Counted from the stretch's first letter, positions 43,861-53,519 are shown. The stretch: 64,000 nt of DNA from Planctomycetaceae bacterium UBA7805 (GCA_002480485.1 DLCF01000027.1:9936-73935), one strand, 5' to 3'. Made by a program: numbers and translations. Notes: generated from the letters alone by a model not told the origin.

Positions 43861-44352
43861 GTGCGCATGGATCCATCCCTCGAAAAGACGGAAGACCTGC
43901 TCGCCGACGCAACCGCACTGGTGCATCGGGCAGAAATTAAAATTCCCCCGGGAAGCGATCCAATCGTTTTTGGATTTCGAGAGAATGGAGCACTTAGCAT
44001 CTTTTTTGACACCGAAGTTGTTTATCATTTTAATTCTAGACATCATCTTCGACGGGTTTTTCTCCACGGTGAGCGTTACAAGGCAGAGCGGGGCCAGCTC
44101 GTCTGCGTCAGGCGGATACCCGGGTTGCGAAACGTGCAACTCCAGAGCATACCGATCGAACCGCCACAACTAGAGCACATCTTTTCTGTGTTGGATGAGC
44201 GGCTTCACCGCTGGCATACCATGCTAAATCAAGGCGACTACCGGATCGTCAACCAGATTTCCCCAGGAGACGATGTTGTACAGCGATTGCAGGACTGCAT
44301 TCCGCAATTGAAACGTCACCAGATTGCACTCCTCCCGCAAGTCGACACCTAG
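43861..44352 (+). CDS. Hypothetical protein (163 aa), no recognisable family
   Basis: The ORF lies 15 nt after the M50 gene and is co-directional with it and with ispD. Start is GTG 43861 or ATG 43867. The composition looks coding-like, but I recognise no motifs. Confidence 0.45.
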   Translation: MRMDPSLEKTEDLLADATALVHRAEIKIPPGSDPIVFGFRENGALSIFFDTEVVYHFNSRHHLRRVFLHGERYKAERGQLVCVRRIPGLRNVQLQSIPIEPPQLEHIFSVLDERLHRWHTMLNQGDYRIVNQISPGDDVVQRLQDCIPQLKRHQIALLPQVDT

Positions 44353-44447
44353 GCGCAAGCTTTTATGGACACCGAGGGTTGTGGGTACCGAAGCGTATCG
44401 CGTAAATGCTATGATGCGATCTAGTTACCAGGAAGGAGTGTGTAAGC

Positions 44448-45200
44448 GTGCCAAAATTTTCAGTCATTCTGCCAGCTGCAGGAAAAAGTCGGCGTTTCAA
44501 AGATAAACATTACAAGAAACCGTTTGCCGTATTGGACGGTCGTGCCGTTTGGTTGCACTCTGCTGAAAAATTCCTCAATCGCGAGGATGTTATCCAGCTG
44601 ATTCTTATTATCGCGCCGGAAGATCGTGAAACCTTTGAGATGAAATTTGCAGCCAATGTGGCCATCCTCGGTATCGATCTCGTGGAAGGGGGTATCGAGC
44701 GAGCGGACTCTGTTGAAAAGGCACTGGCTCGAGTCAAGCCGCAGGCTGAATTTGTTGCGATTCACGATGCCGCTCGACCCTGCATTGCGGATGAGTGGAT
44801 CAGCACGATTTTTGATACCGCCGCACAGTCTGGCGCAGCACTGCCCGGCATACCGATCACTGCCACGTTGAAACGAGCAAGCATTAAAGGCGACGGATCA
44901 AATATGGTAATCGAAACGGTCGATCGGACGTCTTTATGGGAGGCGCAAACACCTCAGGTGTTCCGGCGAGATTGGCTGTTGGAGGCATACGCGCAGCGCG
45001 ATGGCTTTGTTGCAACCGACGATGCTCAATTAGTCGAGCGTGCGGGCCATCCCGTGACTCTGTTAGAGGGATCCCCGCTGAATCGTAAAATCACCACCCG
45101 ACAAGACCTTAACTTGGCAGCGCAAATTCTCCGGATTCTACCGAAGCCTAAGGTGGGCGGCACTGGCAATCCCTTTGCGGATGATGATCTGTTCCGGTAG
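44448..45200 (+). CDS. ispD: 2-C-methyl-D-erythritol 4-phosphate cytidylyltransferase (monofunctional)
   Basis: SVILPAAGKSRRF, VAIHDAARP and TPQVF motifs. GTG start with GGAAGGAG about 10 nt upstream. No fused or adjacent ispF. Confidence 0.9.
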   Translation: MPKFSVILPAAGKSRRFKDKHYKKPFAVLDGRAVWLHSAEKFLNREDVIQLILIIAPEDRETFEMKFAANVAILGIDLVEGGIERADSVEKALARVKPQAEFVAIHDAARPCIADEWISTIFDTAAQSGAALPGIPITATLKRASIKGDGSNMVIETVDRTSLWEAQTPQVFRRDWLLEAYAQRDGFVATDDAQLVERAGHPVTLLEGSPLNRKITTRQDLNLAAQILRILPKPKVGGTGNPFADDDLFR

Positions 45201-45301
45201 ACAATCTAATTGCCTCGCAGTGATGGATCGCGCACCCCACTATCGAGACGGTTGCCCATACGACAAGATAACCAAAGAAAAATTGATTGAACAAATGAGG
45301 T

Positions 45302-46603
45302 TTGATTGTGGCAGCAAACACATTGCAAAATATTTACTCGGAGTTGGATTGGCGCGGATCGATTCACCAGACGACCGATCGGGAACGCCTGTGTAGCCTT
45401 CTCGCCGAAAATCCACAAACGGTTTATGCCGGATTCGATCCCACCTCAGACGGATTGCACATCGGTAATTTTGTTCCGCTGATGATGCTGCGACGGTTTC
45501 AGAAAGCTGGGCATTGTCCGATTGTGCTTGCCGGCGGAGCAACCGGTATGATCGGCGATCCCAGTGGCAAAAGCGAGGAGAGAAACCTGCTCTCCGCTGA
45601 GCAAATTGAGCATAACCTTCAGGGCATCATGGATGAACTCGGACAATTTCTTGATTTTGAATCTGCGCGGCCGGCCATCTTGGTCAATAACTATGACTGG
45701 ATGAAGGAGTGGAGTTATCTCACTTTTCTGCGGGATGTTGGCAAACACTTTCCAGTCAATCAAATGCTGGCCAAGGAATCGGTGAAATCCCGACTCGACC
45801 AAAGTGAGGCGGGCATGAGTTACACGGAATTTAGTTACATGCTGCTGCAAGCCTACGATTTTGTTCATTTACGACAGGCATATGGTTGTAATCTACAGGT
45901 TGGGGGTAGCGATCAATGGGGAAACATCACTGCTGGAATTGAACTCGGTCGGCGGATGGGCGTCGGAACGCTTCATGGGCTGACCTGTCCGTTGCTGACG
46001 AAGAGTGATGGAGCAAAAATGGGAAAAACCGAACAGGGTGCAATCTGGTTATCGGCAGAAAAGACTAGCCCATATGCGTTCTACCAATACTGGTTCAATA
46101 CAGATGATGCGGACATCGATAACTGCCTGCGATTGCTCACTGAACTGACTGAGGAAGAAATCAGCGCACTCGGTGAGGATCGACAAACTAATCCCCAGAA
46201 TCGTCAGAGCCAGCAGCGGCTTGCAGAATCGCTAACCCTGCTCGTCCATGGGCAGCAAGGGCTCACCGGTGCCCGCCGAGCAAGTGAGGTTTTGTTCGGG
46301 GCCACGATCTCCGAAATGTCTGATTCAGATCTGACCGAGATTTTCGCTGATGTACCGAGTGAAAAGCTTTCGCGAGACACTCTTGGCGGTGAGGGCCTTT
46401 CTATTGTGGACGCGCTCTGTCAGGCCGGGCTCGCTAAAAGTAGGAGCGACGCACGTAGAACCGTGGACCAAGGTGGCGCTTACGTAAATAATGCCCGCAT
46501 TGAAAACCTGGACTATCGATTGGGACCGGGCGATCTTGCGAGCGAGACGGTGGTGGTACTCCGATCGGGAAAAAAAAGATATGCCTTGTTAAAATTTCTA
46601 TGA
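45302..46603 (+). CDS. tyrS: Tyrosine--tRNA ligase
   Basis: YAGFDPTSDGLHIGNFVPL (HIGH), GGSDQWGNI, KMGKT (KMSKS), and a C-terminal S4 domain (SRSDARRTVDQGGAYVNN). Start is TTG 45302 or, more likely, GTG 45308, which lies 7 nt after GAGG. Confidence 0.94.
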   Translation: MIVAANTLQNIYSELDWRGSIHQTTDRERLCSLLAENPQTVYAGFDPTSDGLHIGNFVPLMMLRRFQKAGHCPIVLAGGATGMIGDPSGKSEERNLLSAEQIEHNLQGIMDELGQFLDFESARPAILVNNYDWMKEWSYLTFLRDVGKHFPVNQMLAKESVKSRLDQSEAGMSYTEFSYMLLQAYDFVHLRQAYGCNLQVGGSDQWGNITAGIELGRRMGVGTLHGLTCPLLTKSDGAKMGKTEQGAIWLSAEKTSPYAFYQYWFNTDDADIDNCLRLLTELTEEEISALGEDRQTNPQNRQSQQRLAESLTLLVHGQQGLTGARRASEVLFGATISEMSDSDLTEIFADVPSEKLSRDTLGGEGLSIVDALCQAGLAKSRSDARRTVDQGGAYVNNARIENLDYRLGPGDLASETVVVLRSGKKRYALLKFL

Positions 46604-46634
46604 ATCATCCGAGCGACTCTCATGGGCTAAGGCA

Positions 46635-47003
46635 ATGCCCCGATTTGTAATCCTTCATCACCAGGTGCTACCCGAATCCAAGCGATTGAACCACTGGGAT
46701 TTGATGCTCGAACGGTGTGACCATCTGGCGACCTGGGAACTACCGGAGGCACCCGAGATTGGTACCTGCTTGAATGTTGTACCGCTTGAAAATCATCGCC
46801 TCGAGTATCTCGAGTATGAGGGGCCCCTGACAAGACAGCGAGGAACAGTCTCGCGGCACGAATGGGGCAACTACGCAACCATCTTTGAAGATGCAAGGCA
46901 ACAGGTGGTCCTGCTGCGAGGGCAATCGCTGGTGTGCCGTTTGACAATCGGCAAGAAAACAATAGACGACCATAAAATTGCAATGCGGATTGACCCCGAG
47001 TAA
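46635..47003 (+). CDS. Stand-alone LigD 3'-phosphoesterase-like (LigD_N) domain protein
   Basis: MPRFVILHHQ....NHWDLMLE....LATWELP..P......V.LENHRLEYLEYEG.L...RG.V...EWGNY parallels the LigD PE domain (FVVQEHHASRLHFDFRLE...SWAVPKGP...VEDHPLDY..FEG.IP...YG.G.V..WD.G.Y). Confidence 0.6.
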   Translation: MPRFVILHHQVLPESKRLNHWDLMLERCDHLATWELPEAPEIGTCLNVVPLENHRLEYLEYEGPLTRQRGTVSRHEWGNYATIFEDARQQVVLLRGQSLVCRLTIGKKTIDDHKIAMRIDPE

Positions 47004-47027
47004 CCCGGGTGCAAGGGACACTGCTGA

Positions 47028-49613
47028 TCAACGATCCTGAAAGACACTCGAATCTTCGGTTCTGATCAGTGGCCGACGTTGCCCATCGCTGGTGACACGT
47101 ATCTGGGAGCGAAACTGGCCGGCTTGCTCAGCTTGGATAGGGATGCGATATATCAGTGATTCGCCGGGTCGAATTTCAGCAACCGGGTTGAAGCGGATGA
47201 CACGTTGACCAATGTTTGGATTGCTGGGAGCGACAATCCCCACACCCCCGGTTGTCGGCGCTAAGCCCTCGGGCACCGTGACAATGACCACAACATTGGC
47301 GTCCGGCGCACTCCGAGGGTTTGTTACCGTGACTTCATAGACAATCGTGCCCCCGATTGGGACCTCATCCCTTAGGTCCGTGACCCGCAGTGCAAGAACA
47401 TCTCCAACGTCAGCGTTATCGCCTGGCCCTGACGTCGCAGGTGGCGATGTAGCCCCCGGAGCAGCCGATCCGCCCGCCGAGGGCGGGCTTGTAATCGGGG
47501 GGGGCACATTTGGATCCGCGACAGAGGCCTGACTTATTTGCACACACGACTCATCGGCCATTACCAGATCTCCATCGGCCGTCACCGTCACTCGGCTACA
47601 GGCACGCACTGCCTCTTTGCATCTCACTTCCACCTGCAATCGTTCTATCTGTCCCGGTGCAATTTGTGCAAATTTCCACGTCAATTGGTCTTCTTCGATC
47701 TGATAACCATCGGACACACGGGTCGGTTCGAGCCCCTGTTCGAAAGTGTCGATCACCGTCACATTCATCAGGGGTGCACTTCCCGTATTACTGATGAGAC
47801 TCTCGAAAATAATGTTCTCTCCGACTTGTGCGGTTGAAGGCCCACGTTTTTCAATTTTCAGTGCCGGCCGACGATCCTGCTGTTCGACGGTTAGACAAAT
47901 TGACTGTTTCGTCATAACCTCTGCACCGGAGCCGATCACCTCTACTGTTTGACACAGGTTCCCCACCCGGGTTGCCCGAAATGTAACGCTGATATCATTT
48001 CGAGTTTGCCCCGGTTCGAGTGTTCCTAAGTCGCGTTCGATAGGACTTGCGGCGACGGCATGGTTGAGCCCCTCGTCAAATGTATTTTTTACGATTAATC
48101 CGGCGAGAGGACTTTGACTGCGATTGCTTACAGAAATCCGGTAGGTCACCTCCTCTCCCACCATGGCGTTGGTCGGACCAGAAACGTTAAGTTCCAGTTG
48201 AGCCTCGGTGGTGTTGAGATCAATGCAAGCCTGATCCTGCACCTGCTCCGCGCTGGTGACCGAAAAACAATTTCGCGCACTCCCCGAACTGAGGATCTTG
48301 TAATCAACAACAAACGTCTCCTTTTGACCTGCCGCCAATTGGCCTATGTTCCACTGTAATGTGTCTCTGTCTCGCATTGCCTGGATACTGCTATTTACAA
48401 ACTCGAGGGGCGCAGGGACCCGATGGGACACAACGACGTCCTGCAACGGCATATCACCGTCATTGCTTACGACCACTTGAAAACTTGCCTGCGAGCCGAC
48501 CGAACTGCTCGGGGGACCGGTCACATCAAGCGAAACGCCGGGCGCGGTCCAGGTCATCGAAGTCGATCCCCGGCCGACCTCAAGTCGGCGATCGGCAGCA
48601 CTGCTCCTGCCGGCTGGGCGAATCACTTCCATCTGAATTTGGGTGATCCCGCGGCCCGGGTTTGGCTGATATATTTCGGCCGAAGCTCTGCCTTCGGCAT
48701 CGGTCAGCAATTCAATCATTGGATTTCCTGCAGGCGCAAACACCGCATTAGCGTCGGTCGATCGATAACGAACCACGTAGCCTTCTAACGGCGATCCATC
48801 ACTGAGCCTTGTCACAACCGTGGTAAAGGTATGCCGCTCTCCGATCGGAGCAATAGCGGGAGCCGGAAAGGAAAACTGAGCGTCAACCCAATAAATCGTC
48901 GCATTTTGTTTTCGTAAATCCCATGCCGGAACATTCGGCGCAAAGGCTGTGACATAACTCACGCCATCTGTCGGTGAACTCACAGTAACCCAGGTTTGTC
49001 CTCTTTCAACGACCACATTATCCTGCGACGTTGCGGTCCCGCGACCGATTGCCTTGCGAGCCGTGGTGGTACTGCTGATGGCGTAATTGTTGGTCACCTT
49101 TCGTGGACGGTTCGAGGGAAATCTCAGAAGTAAACAACTCGGACTCTTATCGACTGCCATAAACTCTCCCACACTCTCCGGTGAGAGCATCCAGTCAATA
49201 CGTTCACTCACCGCACCCTTGCCCTGGTTGTTGGTAATGCCGCCAAGTAACACAACTTCGCTTCCTACCGGCGCTACAATCGATTGCGGCGAGAGCGTGA
49301 GTCGGGCATCGGCCATTCCGCCGCGACCGACCGAATCAAACAAACCGAAACGTGGGGGCTCGGGTGGAGTCGGTGAAGGCGGCGGCACTGCGCCTGGACC
49401 GGACGGAGATGGGGGTGGCGCGATCGGTGCGATTCCATCCACCGACGGAATACTAACCGCACCGGGACCAACAACCGCTGGAGCTGGGGGTGTCGATGGC
49501 CCATAAAAACTCTGGCAACCGGAGATCGCTAGTACCAAAGCGAGCATGGTACTCACCAGTTGAGTACTGGACCGACTTTTCAGGGTGTTTTCGTGTTTGG
49601 TGGCAGCCGACAT
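47028..49613 (-). CDS. Lipoprotein with Pro-rich spacers and about six DUF11 (conserved repeat domain) repeats
   Basis: The lipobox in MLALVLAISGCQS fits I-S-G-C. A Pro-rich stretch PPPSPSGPGAVPPPSPTPPEPP is present. DUF11 cores are FQVVVSNDGDMPLQDVVVSHRVPAPLEF, YRISVSNRSQSPLAGLIVKNTFDEGL, FESLISNTGSAPLMNVTVIDTFEQGL and YEVTVTNPRSAPDANVVVIVTVPEGL. The C-terminus is homologous to that of the 35463-37550 protein. Confidence 0.75.
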   Translation of the reverse strand: MSAATKHENTLKSRSSTQLVSTMLALVLAISGCQSFYGPSTPPAPAVVGPGAVSIPSVDGIAPIAPPPSPSGPGAVPPPSPTPPEPPRFGLFDSVGRGGMADARLTLSPQSIVAPVGSEVVLLGGITNNQGKGAVSERIDWMLSPESVGEFMAVDKSPSCLLLRFPSNRPRKVTNNYAISSTTTARKAIGRGTATSQDNVVVERGQTWVTVSSPTDGVSYVTAFAPNVPAWDLRKQNATIYWVDAQFSFPAPAIAPIGERHTFTTVVTRLSDGSPLEGYVVRYRSTDANAVFAPAGNPMIELLTDAEGRASAEIYQPNPGRGITQIQMEVIRPAGRSSAADRRLEVGRGSTSMTWTAPGVSLDVTGPPSSSVGSQASFQVVVSNDGDMPLQDVVVSHRVPAPLEFVNSSIQAMRDRDTLQWNIGQLAAGQKETFVVDYKILSSGSARNCFSVTSAEQVQDQACIDLNTTEAQLELNVSGPTNAMVGEEVTYRISVSNRSQSPLAGLIVKNTFDEGLNHAVAASPIERDLGTLEPGQTRNDISVTFRATRVGNLCQTVEVIGSGAEVMTKQSICLTVEQQDRRPALKIEKRGPSTAQVGENIIFESLISNTGSAPLMNVTVIDTFEQGLEPTRVSDGYQIEEDQLTWKFAQIAPGQIERLQVEVRCKEAVRACSRVTVTADGDLVMADESCVQISQASVADPNVPPPITSPPSAGGSAAPGATSPPATSGPGDNADVGDVLALRVTDLRDEVPIGGTIVYEVTVTNPRSAPDANVVVIVTVPEGLAPTTGGVGIVAPSNPNIGQRVIRFNPVAEIRPGESLIYRIPIQAEQAGQFRSQIRVTSDGQRRPLIRTEDSSVFQDR

Positions 49614-49955
49614 GATCCTTCAATTCCAGCATGCATCGACAAACGTTTGCTGCAACACAGGCAGGGCGAACTGGGCATCGCCTAGCCGCACGACATGTGC
49701 GCCGCGAAAAATGGCCAAATGACGAGGATTCAATGCAAGAAAATCGCGGCCGATCGTGCCACCATGTTCCGTCACGCCGTGTTCTTTGCTTTAAGCCAAA
49801 GGCGCAAAATGAATCCTCGCTATTTAAAACTACCACGCTCGAGGTGGCCGGGTTGTTTTTTTGCAACATGTGTTGCTGCTGTGCAACTGCGGGAAGTCCT
49901 ACGACCGTTACAAAACGAACCATAGGTACGGAAAGGCGGACGCCCGGATCAACTC

Positions 49956-51080
49956 TCAACACCGGAAACGTTCCAGCGACAAGAAATCAATCGGAAGGCT
50001 GCACGTACGGCCAAAAACCAGATCGGAGGCCGCTTCGGCCAAAACAGGAGCGAACTTGAATCCGTGTCCCGAGAGACCGGCAACCAAGGCTACCTGTGAA
50101 TACTGAGGATGCCGATCCACTACAAAATGCTCGTCCGGTGAGCGGGTATACATGCAGACCTGATGATCAGTAGCACGGGTAGAGATATCTGGAAGATGGT
50201 CACGTAGAAATAATTCAATCTCGGTGCGATCCTGTGAATCCACCGACCGATCGAGCAGGTCTGGATCGTATACCGGTTCGCCACCTCGGTGGTTGGCGAC
50301 TTTGATCCCACGCGAATCGAGTTGGGGAAAGCCATAGAAATCTCCATTGCGCGTCTCAAAATAAAATACCGGGCTTCCGGATCGATAACGCGTTGACTCA
50401 TTGGCGAACCAGTGCACGTGCTTTCTGACGATTTGCAACTGTACCCCGCAGGTCGCGATCAACCGACCCGACCAACCTCCGGTTGCAAGCACCAGTCGGT
50501 CGGCCAAAAATTCACGGCTACCCGATATTACACGTACCCCCGCTCCGTCTACCCGCCATCGCGCTGGTTCCGGATCAATGTGCAGGATACCTCCGGCACG
50601 CTGCGCGGACCGAATAAATGCCCGGATCGATTCTTCAACCAACAGATAGCCTGCCTGCTCCTCAAATAGTCCCACAAGTTCATTACCGGCGCGGAAACCA
50701 GGAAATCTTTTCTCGATTTCCCCGCTTGCAATACGCTCGATTGGCAGCTGATGTTCGGCTGCGCTAGCCAACACTCCGGGGATCACAGAGCCATCAATTG
50801 GCCCAACCTGGAGCAAACCGACCTGGTGGATTAGCTTTTCATCGGCTTGCAATTCAAGCTCCATCCAGCCGCGGTACGCTCTTTGCAATAGGGGCACATA
50901 GTCGGGATGCTCGAAATAGGCTTTCCGTATTATTCGTGATTGTCCGTGCGAACTGCCTTTGCAGTGCGGCGGTTGGTAGCGATCAATGCCTAAAACACGC
51001 AAGCCCGCAGAGGCAAATGCTTGGAAAGCAGCGCTACCGATTGCACCGCAGCCGATGACGATCACATCAAACAATTGCAT
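49956..51080 (-). CDS. FAD-dependent N-methyl-amino-acid oxidase (monomeric sarcosine oxidase / SolA family)
   Basis: MQLFDVIVIGCGAIGSAAF (GxGxxG), SSHGQSRIIRKAY, and the C-terminal GLSGHGFKF. Confidence 0.82.
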   Translation of the reverse strand: MQLFDVIVIGCGAIGSAAFQAFASAGLRVLGIDRYQPPHCKGSSHGQSRIIRKAYFEHPDYVPLLQRAYRGWMELELQADEKLIHQVGLLQVGPIDGSVIPGVLASAAEHQLPIERIASGEIEKRFPGFRAGNELVGLFEEQAGYLLVEESIRAFIRSAQRAGGILHIDPEPARWRVDGAGVRVISGSREFLADRLVLATGGWSGRLIATCGVQLQIVRKHVHWFANESTRYRSGSPVFYFETRNGDFYGFPQLDSRGIKVANHRGGEPVYDPDLLDRSVDSQDRTEIELFLRDHLPDISTRATDHQVCMYTRSPDEHFVVDRHPQYSQVALVAGLSGHGFKFAPVLAEAASDLVFGRTCSLPIDFLSLERFRC

Positions 51081-51106
51081 TGCTTCCCACCTGCGTTGCG
51101 GTAGAC

Positions 51107-52208
51107 TCAGCCTTGCTCCTTCACCCTCCAGCGAAGATAAGAATCCAGGAACGGTTGAATTCCACCATCCATTACCGACTGGAAATTACCTACAAGAAAA
51201 TTGGTGCGAGCATCTTTGACCCGTTGATCCGGGTGAAGGAAATAATTTCGAATTTGCGATCCGAAACCGACTCTCGCTTGGTCTTTGTAGCGGGCTGCCT
51301 GCTCTGCCTCGCGCTTCACCTCCTCCAAGCGTGCAAGCTGCGCTCGTAACATTTTATACGCGGTAGACCGGTTTTTGTGTTGACTTCGCTCATTTTGACA
51401 CTGAACTACAATTTGAGTCGGCAGATGCGTCAGACGCACCGCGCTATCGGTTTTGTTCACATGTTGCCCCCCAGCACCGCTGGCACGATACGTATCCACC
51501 CGAACATCTGCGGAGTCGATTTCAATCTCTGTTTCGTCTGTGATCTCAGGCGACACATCAACGGAGGCAAAGCTTGTCTGTCGTTTACCCTCCGAATTGA
51601 AAGGACTAATCCTGACCAGACGATGCATACCTGTTTCGCCTTTCAGGTAGCCATATGCCATCGGTCCGCGGATAGCCAATGCGGCGCTATTAATACCGGC
51701 CTCATCGTTGTCCTGGCGATCTAAAAGTTCTGACGTGTATTGGTTTTTCTGTGCCCACTGCAAGTACATCCGCAAAATCATTTCTGCCCAGTCGTTCGCG
51801 TCGGTACCACCATCGCGGGCATTGATTGTGAGAATGGCCCCCGACCCGTCATGCGGACCATCCAGCAAGGACTTGAGCTCCAGGTTTTCCAGATTCATTT
51901 CCATGCCGCTTAGCTCTTGCAGCAGTTCTTCTTCGAGCGAATCATCTTCCTGAGCCATTTCAATTAACGCGGCAAGATCCTCGCCTGCCGCGAGCAATTC
52001 CGCAAGCGGTTTCACAATCGCATTGATCGACTTTAGTCGTGCAACGGTCGCCTGGGCTGTTTCAGAATTGTCCCAAAAACCGGCCGCTGCCATTTCTTGC
52101 TCTATTGCAGTGATGGCTGCAATTTTACCAGCATGGTCAAAGAGAGTCCCTCAGTTGTACAATTCGCTGCTGGATCTCTTCTACACGGTCTTTGACTTCT
52201 TTGTCCAT
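51107..52208 (-). CDS. prfB: Peptide chain release factor 2, expressed through a +1 programmed ribosomal frameshift
   Basis: Frame 0 runs from ATG 52208 and reads MDKEVKDRVEEIQQRIVQLRDSL, then an in-frame TGA (52139-52137). The +1 frame from GAC (52138-52136) continues DHAGKIAAITAIEQEMAAAGFWDN... to the stop at 51107. Motifs SPF (SPFNSEG) and GGQ (SGAGGQHVNKT) are present. Total is 23+343 aa. Confidence 0.94.
52130..52152 (-). other. RF2 recoding site: internal SD-like AGGGA, slippery CTT, in-frame TGA followed by C
   Basis: The minus strand reads CTG AGG GAC TCT CTT TGA C. CTT is at 52142-52140 and TGA at 52139-52137. This is the same CUU UGA C architecture as the E. coli prfB autoregulatory site. 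Confidence 0.9.
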
Positions 52209-52391
52209 TGACGCTCCCCTTTGCCTTGATACGGTAAGGCCCCATTCTAATAACGGAAGCGGGGAAAAGAAGACCATAGTAAGAAGGTCGCTTGTCGCCC
52301 TATGGTTCCAACCGTAGACTTAAAATAGTCAATGTGGGTCTTGCCGAAGGTCCTAGGATTTATCTGTTTTATTGGAAGGCTGGTATCCTGC

Positions 52392-53519
52392 ATGTCTCGA
52401 ATTGTGTTGGCAATGTCCGGCGGAGTCGATAGTAGCGTTGCGGCCGCGCTACTCTGTCAGGAAGGCCACGAGGTGATCGGTGTGTTTATGCGGCACGGCG
52501 AAGAGTCACCGGTTGCAGCGGCATGCCAAACAGAAAATTCTAAACCGCCACAAAGTGATTCAAGACTCCCCATCCTACCCGCCGGACATAAACAAGGGTG
52601 CTGCTCGGCTGCCGATGCCGAGGATGCCCGACGTGTTTCCGACCGTCTGGAAATCCCTTTCTATGCATTGAACCTGCAGCAGGAATTCTCTGAGATTGTC
52701 GAGTACTTTATCGATGAGTACACCTTGGGACGCACACCTAATCCCTGTGTAATGTGCAATAATTGGATCAAATTCGGCAAGCTGTTCGATTACGCCGACA
52801 GTGTTGGAGCCGAGTACGTTGCAACTGGTCATTACGCGCGATTATCTTCCACCGCATCGGGTCGAGTGAACTTGTTCCGTGGCAATGACTCCCACAAAGA
52901 TCAGTCGTATGTGCTTTTTGGAATTTCTCGCGACTTGCTTCCACGAATGATGCTTCCAGTCGGTGAATTTACAAAGACAGAGATTCGCTCACGGGCGAGG
53001 GAGATGGGCATCCTGGTGGCAGAAAAGAAAGATAGTCAGGAAATTTGCTTCGTCTCTTCCGGAAAGCACGATCAATTCATCCGCAAAAATAGATCTGATC
53101 GGGATACGGCCGGAGAGGTAGTGACCACTCAGGGCGACGTGGTCGGCACGCATGCGGGTATTGAGGGATTCACGATTGGACAACGAAAAGGGCTTGGCAT
53201 TGCGTTCGGTGAGCCCAGGTATGTAGTTCGCATTGATGCAAAGACCCGCCGCGTAGTGCTCGGCACAAAAGCAGAATTGGCTCGTCGTACGCTAAGCGCC
53301 TCACAAACCAATTGGTTGGTTAATCCGCCGGATCAGCCGATCCGCTGCGAGGTTCAGATTCGTTACAATAGCGTCAGTGTACCAGCCACTGTTTCTGTCC
53401 CCGAAGATCGTAAACTTCACGTCGAATTCGATGATCCCTGTTATGGGGTTGCGCCGGGCCAAGCCGTGGTTTGCTATGACGGTCCCCGAGTTTTAGGCGG
53501 CGGCTGGATCGATGGCTAG
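52392..53519 (+). CDS. mnmA: tRNA-specific 2-thiouridylase (tRNA U34 2-thiolation)
   Basis: RIVLAMSGGVDSSVAA PP-loop, NPCVMCN, ATGHYAR and KDQSYVL. ATG 52392 was preferred to the track start at 52332. A roughly 30-aa insert (ACQTENSKPPQSDSRLPILPAGHKQGCC) follows the PP-loop region. Confidence 0.92.
   Translation: MSRIVLAMSGGVDSSVAAALLCQEGHEVIGVFMRHGEESPVAAACQTENSKPPQSDSRLPILPAGHKQGCCSAADAEDARRVSDRLEIPFYALNLQQEFSEIVEYFIDEYTLGRTPNPCVMCNNWIKFGKLFDYADSVGAEYVATGHYARLSSTASGRVNLFRGNDSHKDQSYVLFGISRDLLPRMMLPVGEFTKTEIRSRAREMGILVAEKKDSQEICFVSSGKHDQFIRKNRSDRDTAGEVVTTQGDVVGTHAGIEGFTIGQRKGLGIAFGEPRYVVRIDAKTRRVVLGTKAELARRTLSASQTNWLVNPPDQPIRCEVQIRYNSVSVPATVSVPEDRKLHVEFDDPCYGVAPGQAVVCYDGPRVLGGGWIDG

Noticed and set aside
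8841-45200. Three MEP-pathway genes (dxr, ispH, ispD) within 36 kb as a possible isoprenoid supercluster
   Set aside because: They are separated by many unrelated housekeeping genes on both strands. Each sits in a context that is common in other bacteria (dxr-rseP; ispD alone). The co-occurrence is probably coincidental, except for the ispH context, which is reported separately.
45201-45301. Possible T-box or other leader upstream of tyrS
   Set aside because: Only about 100 nt are available. There is no specifier-loop/T-box consensus and no terminator/antiterminator pair.
47725-47735. GGTTCGAGCCC, resembling a tRNA T-arm/T-loop
   Set aside because: It lies inside the DUF11 lipoprotein CDS. 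No acceptor stem, anticodon arm or D-arm can be built around it. I found no tRNA genes anywhere in the window.
49856-49876. T7 tract followed by the palindrome GCAACA-tg-TGTTGC in the DUF11-B / solA-like intergenic region
   Set aside because: The orientation is wrong for an intrinsic terminator on either strand: the T-run precedes the hairpin on the plus strand and an A-run follows it on the minus strand. It may be promoter-proximal, but I cannot support a function.
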